In this document: positions 27,101-39,837 of the stretch, in pieces
How the letters are laid out: each line of letters begins with the position of its first letter
Numbering within the stretch: position 1 is the stretch's first letter
NCBI GenBank assembly: GCA_040954595.2
Contig: CM082596.2
Location: forward strand, 4,085,025 to 4,149,024
Direction: 5' to 3'
DNA from: Balanoglossus misakiensis
Lineage: Eukaryota > Animalia > Hemichordata
DNA length: 64,000 nt
Notes under the pieces: model-generated
Told to the model about the DNA's origin: nothing
Databases searched by the model: none
Seen by the model: only the letters and a program-made list of their open reading frames with translations
Translations under genes and position numbers: made by a program

Positions 27101-30100
27101 CATGCACCTGATCACATGACACAATCGAATTTTAATAGTGACGGAAGAGACTGAAACTGTGGTACAGGTAACACGGATCTGAACTTCTGAAATTTAACAG
27201 TACATACTCCAAGTCGGTTCTTTGTTAGTAGTGTTTTTTAACATAAAGTAGCAAAAGTATTCATTTACGATTAAGGTTACAACATATACGAGAAAGACTG
27301 AGAAAATCTGGAGACATGGAAAATCTTACTTACTCACAAGAAATGTAATTGCAGCACATTTAGGAGTGTTCACGAAAAGATTTGGAAAAAAAAGAGAATT
27401 AATTAGGCCACTCAGGTTTAGTAGTGACCTGGAAAAGGATTTTGGTGAAACTGTTGATTTATATTAATTTGTTTTGTTGGTGTATTTGGAAAAAGAGGAA
27501 AAAAGGTTGAAAAGAGCAAGTTCGTAATAAAAAATAAGTGGAAATATGAAGGGAAAAGTGGTACAATTTAAAAGTAAACTTTTGGGATATATTTTAAATA
27601 TTTTTTTCTATTTGTTCCTTTTCTGTTTTAATTAGCACCTATATTTTTAAGTAAAAATCTACCCTTTCTAGTATTTGCCATGTGAACTCACAAAACAGAA
27701 GCAAATGCCATAATGAGAAATCCTATTTTTTCACGTTGTACTAAAAAAGATGAAATCTTGCAAACTGCAATGCCAACTCGCTTCTGGACAGATCAGAGAA
27801 ACGTGTGAAGTTTAATGAGTCAGAAATTGATCACTTCCCAATTATTGAGTTACTGCGACTAAAGTACGAAGTTTACAATGGAGATACGAAAAGCCGCACC
27901 AGCAAATGCAAATGAGTTGCTTTTCATTCATCCAATTACCCGGACAGGTGGCAGGAAGCCAGTATTTGATGCAAGTCATGACACTATTGAAGGTGATAGC
28001 CTGCATTAGTACGCTACGAGATGGCAACACCTTTCCCACACAATTGCTGCTCTAAATTCGCCTTCTCAAAGCGTCTGTTTCTTTTCACGTTTCTGTTTAT
28101 ATCCCAGGTACTATTTCGATACAGTGTACATGACAATCACATTTGCAAATAAATTGAACGATCGCTTTGAGTGGTCTCTGGCTGCTAATGATCGATATCG
28201 TCTTATCTGTAGGATAAATTTCTAATGTAAAGACCTGTGGATGGCGAATAAATTTTCCACTTGTTAGGCCAATATGTGGCAGTCTATCTGCCTACTTGCT
28301 TTGCATTGAAATGGAATACAATTAACAACAAATTCCTTGCCGTGGCGTATTTCATTTACTGACTGGTGGTGATCAGCATACATGAAGGTCTTTTATGAGT
28401 AAAGCATTTGTTTTGTAACCTCTGATAGGATTATCATATGGATGATTATTTTGAGAGGAATGGGTACTTCAGCCTATTAAAACCCAAACTTTGAACTTTC
28501 AACAATTAGTTTAAAATAGTAAAGTGGGAGAAACTCTCCAGTTTAAAGTACAACAGACAGATCATCTCTGTTTGTTGACTGCGTTCATTCATTTTTACAT
28601 ATACATGTAAAACAATATGGCAACAAATAATCCATGAGTATATTTTCCCTTTCACTGATACATTTTAAGGGCGCATGCACATTCTGTTCACTAATCTCTA
28701 CTGTGTTCTTTGTGGCTTATAAGTTTCCTGCCTCGTGCCAATTAAAAGGAAAGAAAAAAAACTCGCATACACACACGAAGGTTTTAATTGGGCAGTATAT
28801 TTTCTCAGCTCATCAACTGGCTGAGAATCTCCAGAGGGAAAAGTAACCTTTGAAATGCCCCTTAACCCTGTCAAAGTAGTGCGAGGAAAACTTGCAGTCA
28901 ACAGTACCCAAAGACGGGCAAACCTGGATGTTTTGGGGGAAAGCAGACCCTTAAGGCAAACATTCCTCTAATTGGTTCCGAGAAAGTACCTCTTGATATT
29001 TAAGCTTGGTTGTGTAGTTTTAATTTCGTCAGGAAAGTAGCGGGAGGTGGCAAGAGGTGCTTCAGAAACCCACGCGTAACAATGGCATCATGGGTGACTG
29101 TCTATCCTAGCCAGAAAACAACATGACTGTACGAAATTAGTTTTCTTCTGACTTAAATCAGCAGCCACTTTTAATTTTACTGGTGAATAGAATTGTCACA
29201 AGGCTTTTCTCTCTTAAACTTCTCGAATACTGATTACAAACTTGCAGATTACGAGGCACAGAAATGAAAAAAAAAGATTCGAAGAGAGAAAATAATAATT
29301 TTCCCAGATGCCTTACAAAGTCTCAAGAAGCTGTTGCGGGCTTACGGATTTTGAGATTTAGAGAATTATATTGCTGTGTGCAGCAAATTGGAATTTTCTG
29401 TTCATATCTTGCAAGATGTTGATTAGCCAACAGTGGTGAGGTTGTGTGATTACCCAGTAATGCGGAGATGTGTTGATGCTGTATGGAATCGCTTTGAGAG
29501 CTTTAGCATTAAAACTTACCACGGCTTAATCGCAGAGCGAAGAAACGTTACCTTAGAAATGAATACCAGTTGCCCGTTCAAACAAAACATTTTGACAGTT
29601 TTGGAAATTTTTAAACTGATGACATAGCAAAGCTGAGCTAGAAATGTTCAATGTATTTTGGCATTCACTAGCATCACTGGTTTGTCCACAATTCTGATTT
29701 CTCCATGTGTGGAAGATGAGAAGAAGACTCCCAACTGAGTTAGCAGTTCAGCGCTTTCTCTTATTGTGAAAAAAAACAGCCAGCGGAGCTGAGGCTTCTG
29801 AAATATCACCACAATCACAGACGGACCCCTATATCATTTTCAAATGGGGAAAACAAGACGCGATGATATACCCCACAGTCATCTATTCAGTAGGGCATCC
29901 ATAGATAAAACTTTTTCCATCAACCAGAAAATTGAACATGCAAGATAGCTAACACTCAGCCAGCGCTCGGGGCCATCTGCGTAAAGAATAATGGAACCGG
30001 GCAAGATGGTCCTTGTGAGATTTTTATCTGTGGAATGAATACTGTGGCTTTACATCCCCCTTTCTCAAAATGTAATATTTTTTCTTCAGTAATCACAGAA

Positions 30101-33100
30101 TTGAAACAGCCCTCAATCAGTTGATATTATTACAACACAAAGTCTCCAGTAATCCTCCAACCAAAGGGAAGTTGTAAGTTTCCTCTAAAGCTGACACTCA
30201 ATCCAGTCATGGCAGTATTGTACGTTTCTGAATACTGAGTCTCAATGGTTTAGAATTCTTCTAAATCATATTTCCTTGCACTCAAGGGTCTAACGTATAT
30301 GATGTTTCTGATATTATTCATACTGAGAATTCAACAAATTTTAATGGACAAAATAACCTCTCAATAGCAAACAACTGGACATTTTAATAAGCAAAGTATC
30401 TGACCCTGGTAGTAAGCCAAATTTCACTCCACCGTCATCTGTTTGCAAATTCATTTACAAGCATGTTCCATCAGGCAATTCAGTGTAATTTAATTTTAAT
30501 CACATTAAGGTGACTGCAATTTGTTATTGATTTCCGGTAAAATTTGTTGAAGTGGATTTAACAACGTACGCCTAAGTCCCAACATGTCTGCCTGTGTTTA
30601 CATTTACTGAACAAATTTAATGAAGCTTACAAAAGTTCAGATGGATTGGATGAATTTCAATCTACTGAATGAGCAGGCAGACATGTCTAAGCATGAAATT
30701 ATCGATTTATGCAGCGGAATTTTGAGGCATGTTTACCGTTAAATTAGTTATTGAATACGTATACACTGCAAATGTTACAAATATTGAAATAATACCAAAT
30801 GCTTTATTGTGTATCAATCCATACTTTGATCCCTGTCTCCTGAGTACATAACATCATACGAGATAATCACCATTGTGAATATTCTATTTTTCTTCTGGAC
30901 AGCCAGCATTTTTGTGTGAAAACACTAAAAATAATTTTTTGCTTCATTCATCTGTCAATCGAAAACACTGCCGCAACAAACAATGTCGACAGAGCAGCGT
31001 CACCACGGTAATTAATTCTTGATACTTGAACTAAATTACTCCCCAAGCTTCAGATAATATTCCCTCGTCGTTAGCTAGAGTCACAAAGCGACAGAGGCCG
31101 ATTCGAGGTAGTGAAATTAAGACAGAAACGTCATGTAAATGTTCAAATACCAACAACAAAGTGTAAACTTTTCAACATTTATAGATGTCAGATATGACAG
31201 AACATAGAAAACAGTGTTTTTTAGGATCTACATATATACTGTATTAATTAAAAATCTATTTTTATGAAATTATTCTTCATTTTTATTCATTTCAAGATAC
31301 CTTCCTTGTAAATATTTCTCAATATCATTCCTTTTTTCAGTTTTTTTCCCTTGGTGACCTTTACAGCAAAAATGTCGGAACAAAACGCGATCTAGCACAA
31401 TACACTCGTTAAATTTGACCTTTGGCCCGATAACAACACATTAGTCATATGTGATTATACATGGCATTTTAAGTTAATGGCTGATTGGACTCGATAAATG
31501 ATATCATAATTTTAATGACATCATTCCGATAAATTTGAAGAATGAGGTTTTTCATATTTTATGAATACATACAAAATACCCTATTGTCGTTTATTCCATG
31601 GCAACGGCCAATCAAATTGTACCACTTCAGAATCAGAAGACCGTGAACACTTTCATAAATATTTGCGACCATATTTCTACTCGTCTACCCGTACCTACAT
31701 TTCCATGTGTCACTCAGTACACATTTTTTCCCCTATAAAAGACTGCTCAATATCCTTCCCAAACAAAATAACTAATTATAAAAACCCACTGGCAAAAATT
31801 TCTTTGGTTATAATTCACAGAACTTTTCATCGTGTGTTTTCAATTTTTCAGCAAATTTACTCACTAATAAAAGCTTGTACATTCTGAAGATTCATTCCCT
31901 AGAGGAATCTATTGTAATGAGAATGTTTGGAATTTATTGCTCTAATCCTCAAGAAAAAATGAACACTCGTTTTGTCTTATTTGGCACAAGTTATGACACA
32001 TTTAAATTTGCATAGGGGGCTAGGGACTGCGGACTTTTCTAGCTTAAAGCCATCCATAAACTAGAACAAAAAGTCAGAATGATGGCAACTTTTCGTTTAG
32101 AATTGTTATACAATATCTGCAAAACCTAAGCAATGTAAATTGTTAATTTTGTTGATGTTGATTTTTCCAAACTGTAAGACCATGCAGGTTTAGGGCTAAC
32201 ATTCTTTTTCATCATTTTAAAAATAATTTGTAAACAAAAGTTAGAGAAAGTACACCAGAAGGGTAGGTTGAGAGTTTGAGGACAGAACACTGTCACAGAG
32301 AGAAGTCAGGAAACTGTAAAAACAAGACTGGACAAATAAATGCGGAGGACACAACATAAACGTATGATCCATAGATGCATGCAACTCAGTAACACACCGC
32401 CGCACCAAATACATTCCGTATTTTGATCCCACTGCGGGAATATCCACCATTTCGTATGCTTTTCCCCATAAACAAAGTCGTATACTTACTTTCATCGGAA
32501 TGAAAAAAAATCTGGTTTCAATGGAATGTAAAAGAACGGAACCTGCAAATTTGGTTCGTGCTACAGAGCATCATGGGATTGCATGACCTTTGAACCCAAA
32601 TGATATGGGAGACGGTCGACAGGACAGGAACTATGAGTGTGTATCAGTGTATGCGTCTGTGTGGATCGACCACACCATGAGAACAGAGAACATGTATGGT
32701 GACATCATGACAAATAGAACAACATTTATTCAGAGACTACAGAAACACAGCAAAGATAAAGAACTAGTACATGATCAGCACTGTAACATTGTAAACTACA
32801 TCCAAATGAGACCAGAAATTGCTTTTTCTGGTGATTTGAAACTGACCACTGACAGTGTAGTTTTGATCCCTGTGTAAAATTTGAGAAGAGTTGTACAACA
32901 GTCAATTTTACACACGGACCAAAAATACATTTTTGGGAAGTCATCTTTTGTAACAGACAAATCTTATACTGACAAACTTTTTCAGATCTTGCTGAATATG
33001 AAAACCACATTGATCATTTCAAATTCTCCATACTTACTTTCTGATTGACTTAAATCTGACACAAATCATGCAGATTCACATCAATACAAATATTGTAAAT

Positions 33101-33292
33101 GACGTGAATGCATGATTATGTGACAGGATATCTCAAGAAACAGTGAAAAAAAATCAAGTGATTAGAATTGATGTTACCTGGCGACGAGAGCTTGACAGCG
33201 ACTGCTACGCATGAAATGATTACAATAATGACAAGCAATGCTATGATTATTCCACGCCAGTTGCGCTGAGTGGGGTTACTGCCGACAAGCTC
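9133..33292 (-). CDS. DPP4-like: Dipeptidyl peptidase IV family (S9B; DPP4/FAP/DPP6/DPP10-like) type II membrane protein; 18 common exons: 33178..33292, 25230..25322, 24746..24840, 21191..21318, 20754..20841, 18891..19011, 13861..14113, 13385..13547, 13153..13260, 12029..12168, 11351..11698, 10762..10956, 10520..10574, 10237..10333, 10000..10064, 9646..9718, 9360..9433, 9133..9237
   Basis: All exons are AG/GT bounded and phase-compatible (2316 nt = 771 aa + stop). Motifs: [28 protein letters not shown] (TM anchor), [95 protein letters not shown]. Confidence 0.95.
25669..25929. mobile_element. Degenerate MITE (about 260 bp) in a DPP intron
   Basis: Imperfect ~30-bp terminal inverted repeats: AAAAGAACAAAGTTGCTAACTTTTGAAATT versus the reverse complement of the right end, GAAGGGACAAAAGTTGCTATCTTTTGACATT. 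Confidence 0.55.
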
Positions 33293-35041
33293 CTGAAATA
33301 AAGCATAGCAATAACAACTCGGTCAGAAACTTATTGCAGTTTTATGATGACGTACGTCTGTTCCATAACAACTCAAAAATTACCTAAAATATACAAAGTT
33401 CATCATTACATATCCGTTCTTGTGTGCAACAGTGACTTTCAAGCCTACAGACATTCGTGTAGGGTACACACATATACATACATTGTTCATGCATACATAC
33501 ATGTACCTGTACATACCGTATATATCGGTACATAACACACATATACCCTACCTACGTACCGTATGTATTAAGTCCATGAAATGTTTATTTCACCTACCCT
33601 AATGACTACTGTACATGTGTGTTTAGAACTGTCACAACCACAGTCACTCACTCCTGCTGCAACCATGTTGCAGCTGAAATTTGGCAATGCCAAGTACTTA
33701 CATACATCATACCATACATGTATGCTATTGCCTGCATGCATACTGTAGGGGATAGGGGTCGTCTTACAGATGGGCAAGCTACTTAGTTGTAATGCATAAT
33801 TACTCCACCTACATTGTATATGATTATAACTCTGGGGACTACAACCACAGGAAGGGTAATAACTTAGGGATCAATTAGTGATTAACAAGTATCTCAGCAA
33901 TGTCCAATTAATTTGCAAACTGGTCATATCTGTCGCTGGTATCAGGAAAACTAACAATAGTGGTTGAATTAGGTATTTAAGGGTGTGAAACTGAACATCC
34001 GATGACACTTTCCCCCGCTGAGAACAAATTAACGCAGACCAACTGCTTAATTATCTATTTTGAATTGGCTTTTTCATGCAAAGTTGGTACACCAAATGAA
34101 AATTTGTAAAATTGGCTAATTTGTCCTCTGTCTTTATCGATACCAAGTATACAATGTGTTATGACAAACGCAAGTTTTTTAGGTGAATATAACTAAATTT
34201 TACTGATTTGTTGGCAAATGTCGGCAGTATGTTTAAATTGCATGTGATTCTTAATCATAAAACTGAAAACTCTCATTTTCACCATCAAAAGACAAAATGC
34301 ACATTAAGACCGACGACCCTCTCTGTGCTATTTTACAAAGCAAAACTACCAGAACAACATCATTTTGACAACTTTTATGTGAGCATAATTTTTCAACCGC
34401 AATCATCTCATTCTTTGAGTAAGTGTCAATAAACATTTACACTGCCCTTCAAACCATTTATCCCAAATATATAGTTTCAATTCATGACTGGATTAACGCA
34501 AATAACTTTACGATAATAAACACGGCCATTTATTGTGAAAAGTAATGTTCTTTGGGATTTGACCGAAACAGGCCGTGTTTCATTTTCATTGGCAGGATGT
34601 CACATTACTACGCAACCCCGTCAGTTATAGGCTCTAAATCATCATAAAATGGCTCACCATCAGCGAAATATTGATCTCAGTTGACTATTCTCGACATTTT
34701 TCCATTTTGAAAACTGCCTAAAATCAAACAACTAGATTGGTATTTTTATTATTTGTGTGTGTAGAAAGCTGCCTTGACCAAATAACAATTAATCTTGAGC
34801 AAATTCAATGGTAATTTGCTGAAAACTGAACACAGTATGACGTATTTGCCGAGTTGCCGTGAGGTCTGAGAGCAATATGATGTCAGCATAGGAGCCTCTC
34901 TGCCTGAGACTATTATGTATGACAAATATGATAAACACGATAGATTCATTTAAAAGAATATTGGGATAATGCCTCAGAGATCCAGTTCTGAGAACATAAA
35001 ACCAATCTTTTAAACACGACTCACTTCCCTTTCCAAAGTTG

Positions 35042-35567
35042 AATCTGAAACCAGGAGGTGTTACCTTGTCAGCTGGCGGCTTATGTGATCATATCACTTT
35101 CATTCTCAATAATGTATCAATATGGTTAAAAATAAGAAAATGAATTGTTCATTAAATAAAAATTCAGATTTCTCATTTTTAGTTTTCCAAATCAACTGTA
35201 CTAGCCAAGTATGACCAAATGATGTCTATCAAAACTGGATAAGGAAAATTCAACTTTTGTGACTGAAGAGAATTTTTGTATAATGAATATAATGACAGTT
35301 ATGACCGAAATCTGAAATCAGGAGATGTTACCTTGTCAGCTAGCAGCTTATGTGACCATATCACTTTCATTCTCAATAATGTATCAATATGGTTAAAAAT
35401 AAGAAAATGAATTGTTCATTAAATAAAACTTCAGATTTCTCATTTGATGTTTTCCAAATCAACTGTAAGTATGACCAAACGATGTCTATCAAAACTGGAT
35501 AATGAAAATTCAACTTTTGTGACTGAAGAGAATTTTTGTATAATGAATATAATGACAGTTATGACCG
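35042..35567. repeat. Tandem duplication of about 260 bp (35042..35307 and 35309..35567)
   Basis: Two adjacent near-identical copies from AATCTGAAA.. to ..GTTATGACCG, with scattered substitutions and a 7-bp indel. Confidence 0.93.
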
Positions 35568-37053
35568 TCATCCCATATTAAAGAAACCCTGTATCTGATT
35601 ACAAGCTGATAATACGCTCTATTTTTTCAAAAGCAAGGAGAAAATGCTCTGACACTGCTGAAAGGGTTATTAAGGAACTCTGCGGGACTTCGACTCCGAT
35701 ATGAATCCTAACATTTTCCTCATTTTTGCAAAATAAGACCAGGTAATGTTCTGGGTTCCTGGTGGTTTTCATCCTGTAGGGAGTCATTTTTATAGCTTTT
35801 TATTATTAGTAGCTAGTTGCCTGCTGTGAGATGGGTTTCATTTTTATTTATAGTCAGGCCAAATAAAAAGTCGCCCCTATTTTTCAAAGTTCACCAGTGC
35901 TGCCTGCTATAAAAAACTGTCAATACTATACTTAATTGGAAAGGTTCAAATGCAAGGACATGTTGTGTATGTACATATGCGTCTTATAAAGCTTCAATTT
36001 GTCGTATTTTTAAAAACTATATAATGAGATGCACCAATTTGATGGTGGTGGGATTTCAGGTGAAAAACGCCAAAAAGGAGACAATTCCTTATATTAACAC
36101 ATACGGTATATTATACCACTTCACTTCGCACCCATGGTACAAATGGTACAACCCAGTATAAATAATCCCTCTTCGTTTGAGCAACATGAGACCAGCCTAC
36201 CAGCAACTCTTGTTGATTGCATTCTCACATAACCCAATATCTTGCATCGCAACAACAGAGGTTTTGCACGCAAAAAATGAACACTGAAATTCCTCATTGT
36301 ATTGGAATCTACATGTTCGGTAAACCAGCAGTCTGACCTCGGTGGAGTCAGACTTGAGACTCTTTCATGGTTATATTCAGGGAATGTTGGGTATACGTAA
36401 CATCAATTAGACTGTCTGCAGCAGTAATTATAACAAATATTTGCTTCTATAAGTAAAGACAATTGTTTACCATATGTGACAGCTGGAACATCAATATAAG
36501 CATCACAATAACTATAAACACTGAGGGGAAAATGTTCAAAATTTTCATAAATGTGAAAATATCTAGTACCTGGTACGTACAATGTATCATATAACCAGCT
36601 CTATAGCTGCCTGTGTTTAATATTCTAATTTTGATTCACTAATTTTGCAGTGGCTCTAGGCGCCATTTGTTGTCAAAAAGTTGAGTATTATGAGCAAACT
36701 GTCACGGCACCATGGAGAATTCATGATTGCTGTGGCAACGTTTCAGTTCTGTAATTGTAAATTTGTCTCCGTTGGTGACTCAGACTTAACGGACAATGAA
36801 TTATCAAACATGATATTGTCAAATGACAGGTAATATTAAAGTAATAATGATAGGACAGATGTGAAACAAGCACTCCATTATAAATGCATACAATGCCTCA
36901 GTACTGAACACAGATAATCTCTTTGATGGCAGCTCTTGACATTCTTCATACACCACACCTGGCTTGCGCCGGGGAGCGATGAATAAATTAGAATTGGCCC
37001 GCTGTTTTCAATACCAGTGATGCTGGGAGTGTAGAAGTGTTGGGTATACCTAC

Positions 37054-37113
37054 ATGTACACTTTGGTACGAGCTTTTATCCTGATCGTGATGTTGAACCT
37101 GGATAGCGGACAT
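37054..37113 (-). CDS. Candidate alternative first coding exon A of the DPP gene (MSAIQVQHHDQDKSSYQSVH)
   Basis: ATG at 37113, 20 codons, CAT|GTAGGT donor in phase 0 matching the TM exon, and CpG-containing promoter-like sequence just upstream (37.2-37.5 kb). Confidence 0.5.
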
Positions 37114-37928
37114 CCTGAATGACAGTGAGAAACAAAATTCTCCACACACACACACGCGCTGTGAACTGTGTTAAAATGCAACGCAGCAGTCAGTCTCTCC
37201 GGACTGGAAGCGACACAAACTCTCCCAGAGATGAACAGCAATCCCAGAATACACTGACTCTATTCCCGCAGCTCTGCACGGATCAGGTCGGCAGGGGAGA
37301 AGCCAGCACCGGATAAGCTCTCTGCGTCTACGAAACTGCAGCCACAAACCACAAATCCCCGACTAATTTGTATCTCGGCTGTACACTTGCCGAACAATGT
37401 GTTCTGGGCGAGCTCCACACAATGACAAAATTAGCTCGTCCGTACGGCACTGACTGTGTGTCGCAAATGCTTAATGGACAAATGACTGTTTGACGTGCGA
37501 CACCCCGACACATAACGTCGTTACCGCCTTCAATATTTATATCAATAATAACAATGGGTTATTTTAATCTCGCTGAAAGGCCAAGCTTAACCTGCCATAT
37601 TTCCGCATCATTGAAAATGTGACCATCATAATTCCCATATAAGTTAATTGCATTATGCAAAACAAAGTAAACCGTGAAGTAGTGCCTTTGTATTAAAACT
37701 GGAGTATTTTCCAAACAATTAAACCCTTTTTTGATATTAACACTAACAGTGCGGCCAGCTGCTGACTTTTCCAACCAATCAAAAGCAAACTGGTGATGAA
37801 GTTGAAATGGAAACTGTGCTTAAGCAAACATTATAAAAATTAAGCAATGATTGTACATGTACCGTACAATTACCAAGTAAGCATTGCAAACATAAAATAG
37901 ATGAAAGATGAAGAATTCGAGTTCGTAC

Positions 37929-37949
37929 CTGTTTTTCAAGATCAGGCAT
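37929..37949 (-). CDS. Candidate alternative first coding exon B of the DPP gene (MPDLEKQ)
   Basis: TCAGCCATG Kozak context, 7 codons, CAG|GTACGA donor in phase 0, CT-rich leader upstream. Confidence 0.55.
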
Positions 37950-39795
37950 GGCTGAGACTGAAGAGAGTAGAGAAGTCTTGACAATGATAGACAGAGAGCC
38001 ACCAGAAGAAAGATGCACACAAGCAAGGAGGGTGAGAGCGAGTGACAGAGCTGAGATGCTGCTTGGCTACACACCGTGATCAGGACTGAACACCTTATCT
38101 CTATTCTATATTATATATCTATTAGCCGACGGATTCGCCGTGACGTTCTCTTCATTAACATTGAGGGACTTTGCAAGCTTCCTGGGAAAAGACAGTGGGT
38201 GGGGGGTAAACGCAGCCTGACCACCCATGAAGAACGTTGCACAGAAGTTGAGATACGGATTCACATGCAAATTGCCTTTCGTCATGATGACTCCTACAGT
38301 CGCCATGGAAACGAGACACTTGTAGCAACTTTCCAGCAGTGGCTAATATACTTTTCTCCCCAAGCGTCATGATACATAGTAATGATATGATAATTTTATT
38401 TATGTAGTTTCCCCTCCCCCCCCAAAATGAGGCTGTTTATACTTAATTAAATGCTGTCCTAGGGCTTATACCGTACGTATACATCTATCGGCCCTGTTTT
38501 CATCGTGCTTTTCAGATAAATATAAAAAGATGACTGAATCATGGATACAAGCATGCGACATTAATTTTTCATCGACCGCTGTCATGCACAACAACAGGGA
38601 CGTCTGAAATTTTAATCACGATATCGTCTCAACAGACAAAGCTCTCATAGACAGTTTGAATACCCTTGAAATTGAGCTGTATGCTTTTCTTTAATCTGTG
38701 ATAGTAGTTACCACTATACTAATATTTGTGTACATGTAAAAAAGTGAGAAAATTATATCTGCTACTTCGTAAACATATACTTCTAACACGGTAGTTTCAT
38801 TAAAATAATCAGAAGTCATCATTACAACAGAAATCATGTTTCACTTCCAGTGGGAAAAACGCAACCTTTCCCGTGAATAAATGAAGACGCACTGAAATTG
38901 ACTGATATTTTATTCATTTGATTGCTGTAACTATTATACACTCGGTTGCTTGTGGGCAGACACGTGTGAACAACTATACCGGTATATGGGTGAAGACCAT
39001 GCAAAATGCATGTTCTCATTTACGAGACAAAACCCGTTTGATGTACGTGAGTTACAGCTGAAATAGGACCACTTTTAATGTGTATACTCTTCATTTGACA
39101 CTCCCCTGTTTTGTGGATTGGTTTAAGCAGGTGGACATGTTTATATATGCAAACATTTTGTAACAATCCCAGGTGGATTTGGACAGTACATGTAGACGCG
39201 AACACTTTTCTCCCACGCATGGAGGAACGCATGGTCTGCAGGAACAAGGGATATTGAGTCGGCAGTGAACATTGGCAAATACAATATCCATCACAGACCG
39301 ACTCCAGATAACAATTTTCTCAGAGAATACCCCGTAGATTGCACGACGTACTTGTGGATGGCTGTGCGATCGTTTCAGTCGATTTCAGAGACAAGCAGCG
39401 GTAATTGGCCAAGTAGGCAACCAGATAATCACGGTGATTGGATGGGACTGCCGCTGAGTCAACCTGGCTCTAAATGATGTCCGCGCACTGAGTCCAGCTC
39501 GTCCTCATTATTGCAATTTAATGCCATTATTTGCTCCTGAAACAACACAGCCATCGTGTGCGCTGATGAAGCGCATCCTTTTGCTACAAGAACATAAAAC
39601 GAATGATGAAATTCATGCGAATAAGGATCTTAAAAATCATCTCATGTGCACAGAGCTTAAGCCCCCAAAACACTATCAGCAGATGACAAGCTATGTTTCA
39701 AAGCCACTATCCTTTCTCACAATCTTATAACATCAGCTCTCTACAGCTCTGCTCACTATGAGCTTTTTCTTCTTTTTCTGCAAAACTTGGCTCAC

Positions 39796-39837
39796 CATGT
39801 CTTCACGAACAAAGCCGCTGTGTATATCACTTTCCAT
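39796..39837 (-). CDS. Candidate alternative first coding exon C of the DPP gene (MESDIHSGFVREDM)
   Basis: ATG at 39837 with an in-frame upstream TAA, 14 codons, strong ATG|GTGAGC donor in phase 0. Confidence 0.55.

Noticed and set aside
29515-29560. AG|GTAAC recursive-splice-like site or micro-exon on the - strand
   Set aside because: There is an in-frame stop if it is read as an exon, and the intron is only about 8 kb, so a chance match is likely.
31390-32100. Probable old dispersed-repeat fragments (also near 22850-23140, 33870-34200, 51930-52150)
   Set aside because: They look repeat-like, but I cannot define ends, TIRs or a family without a repeat library.
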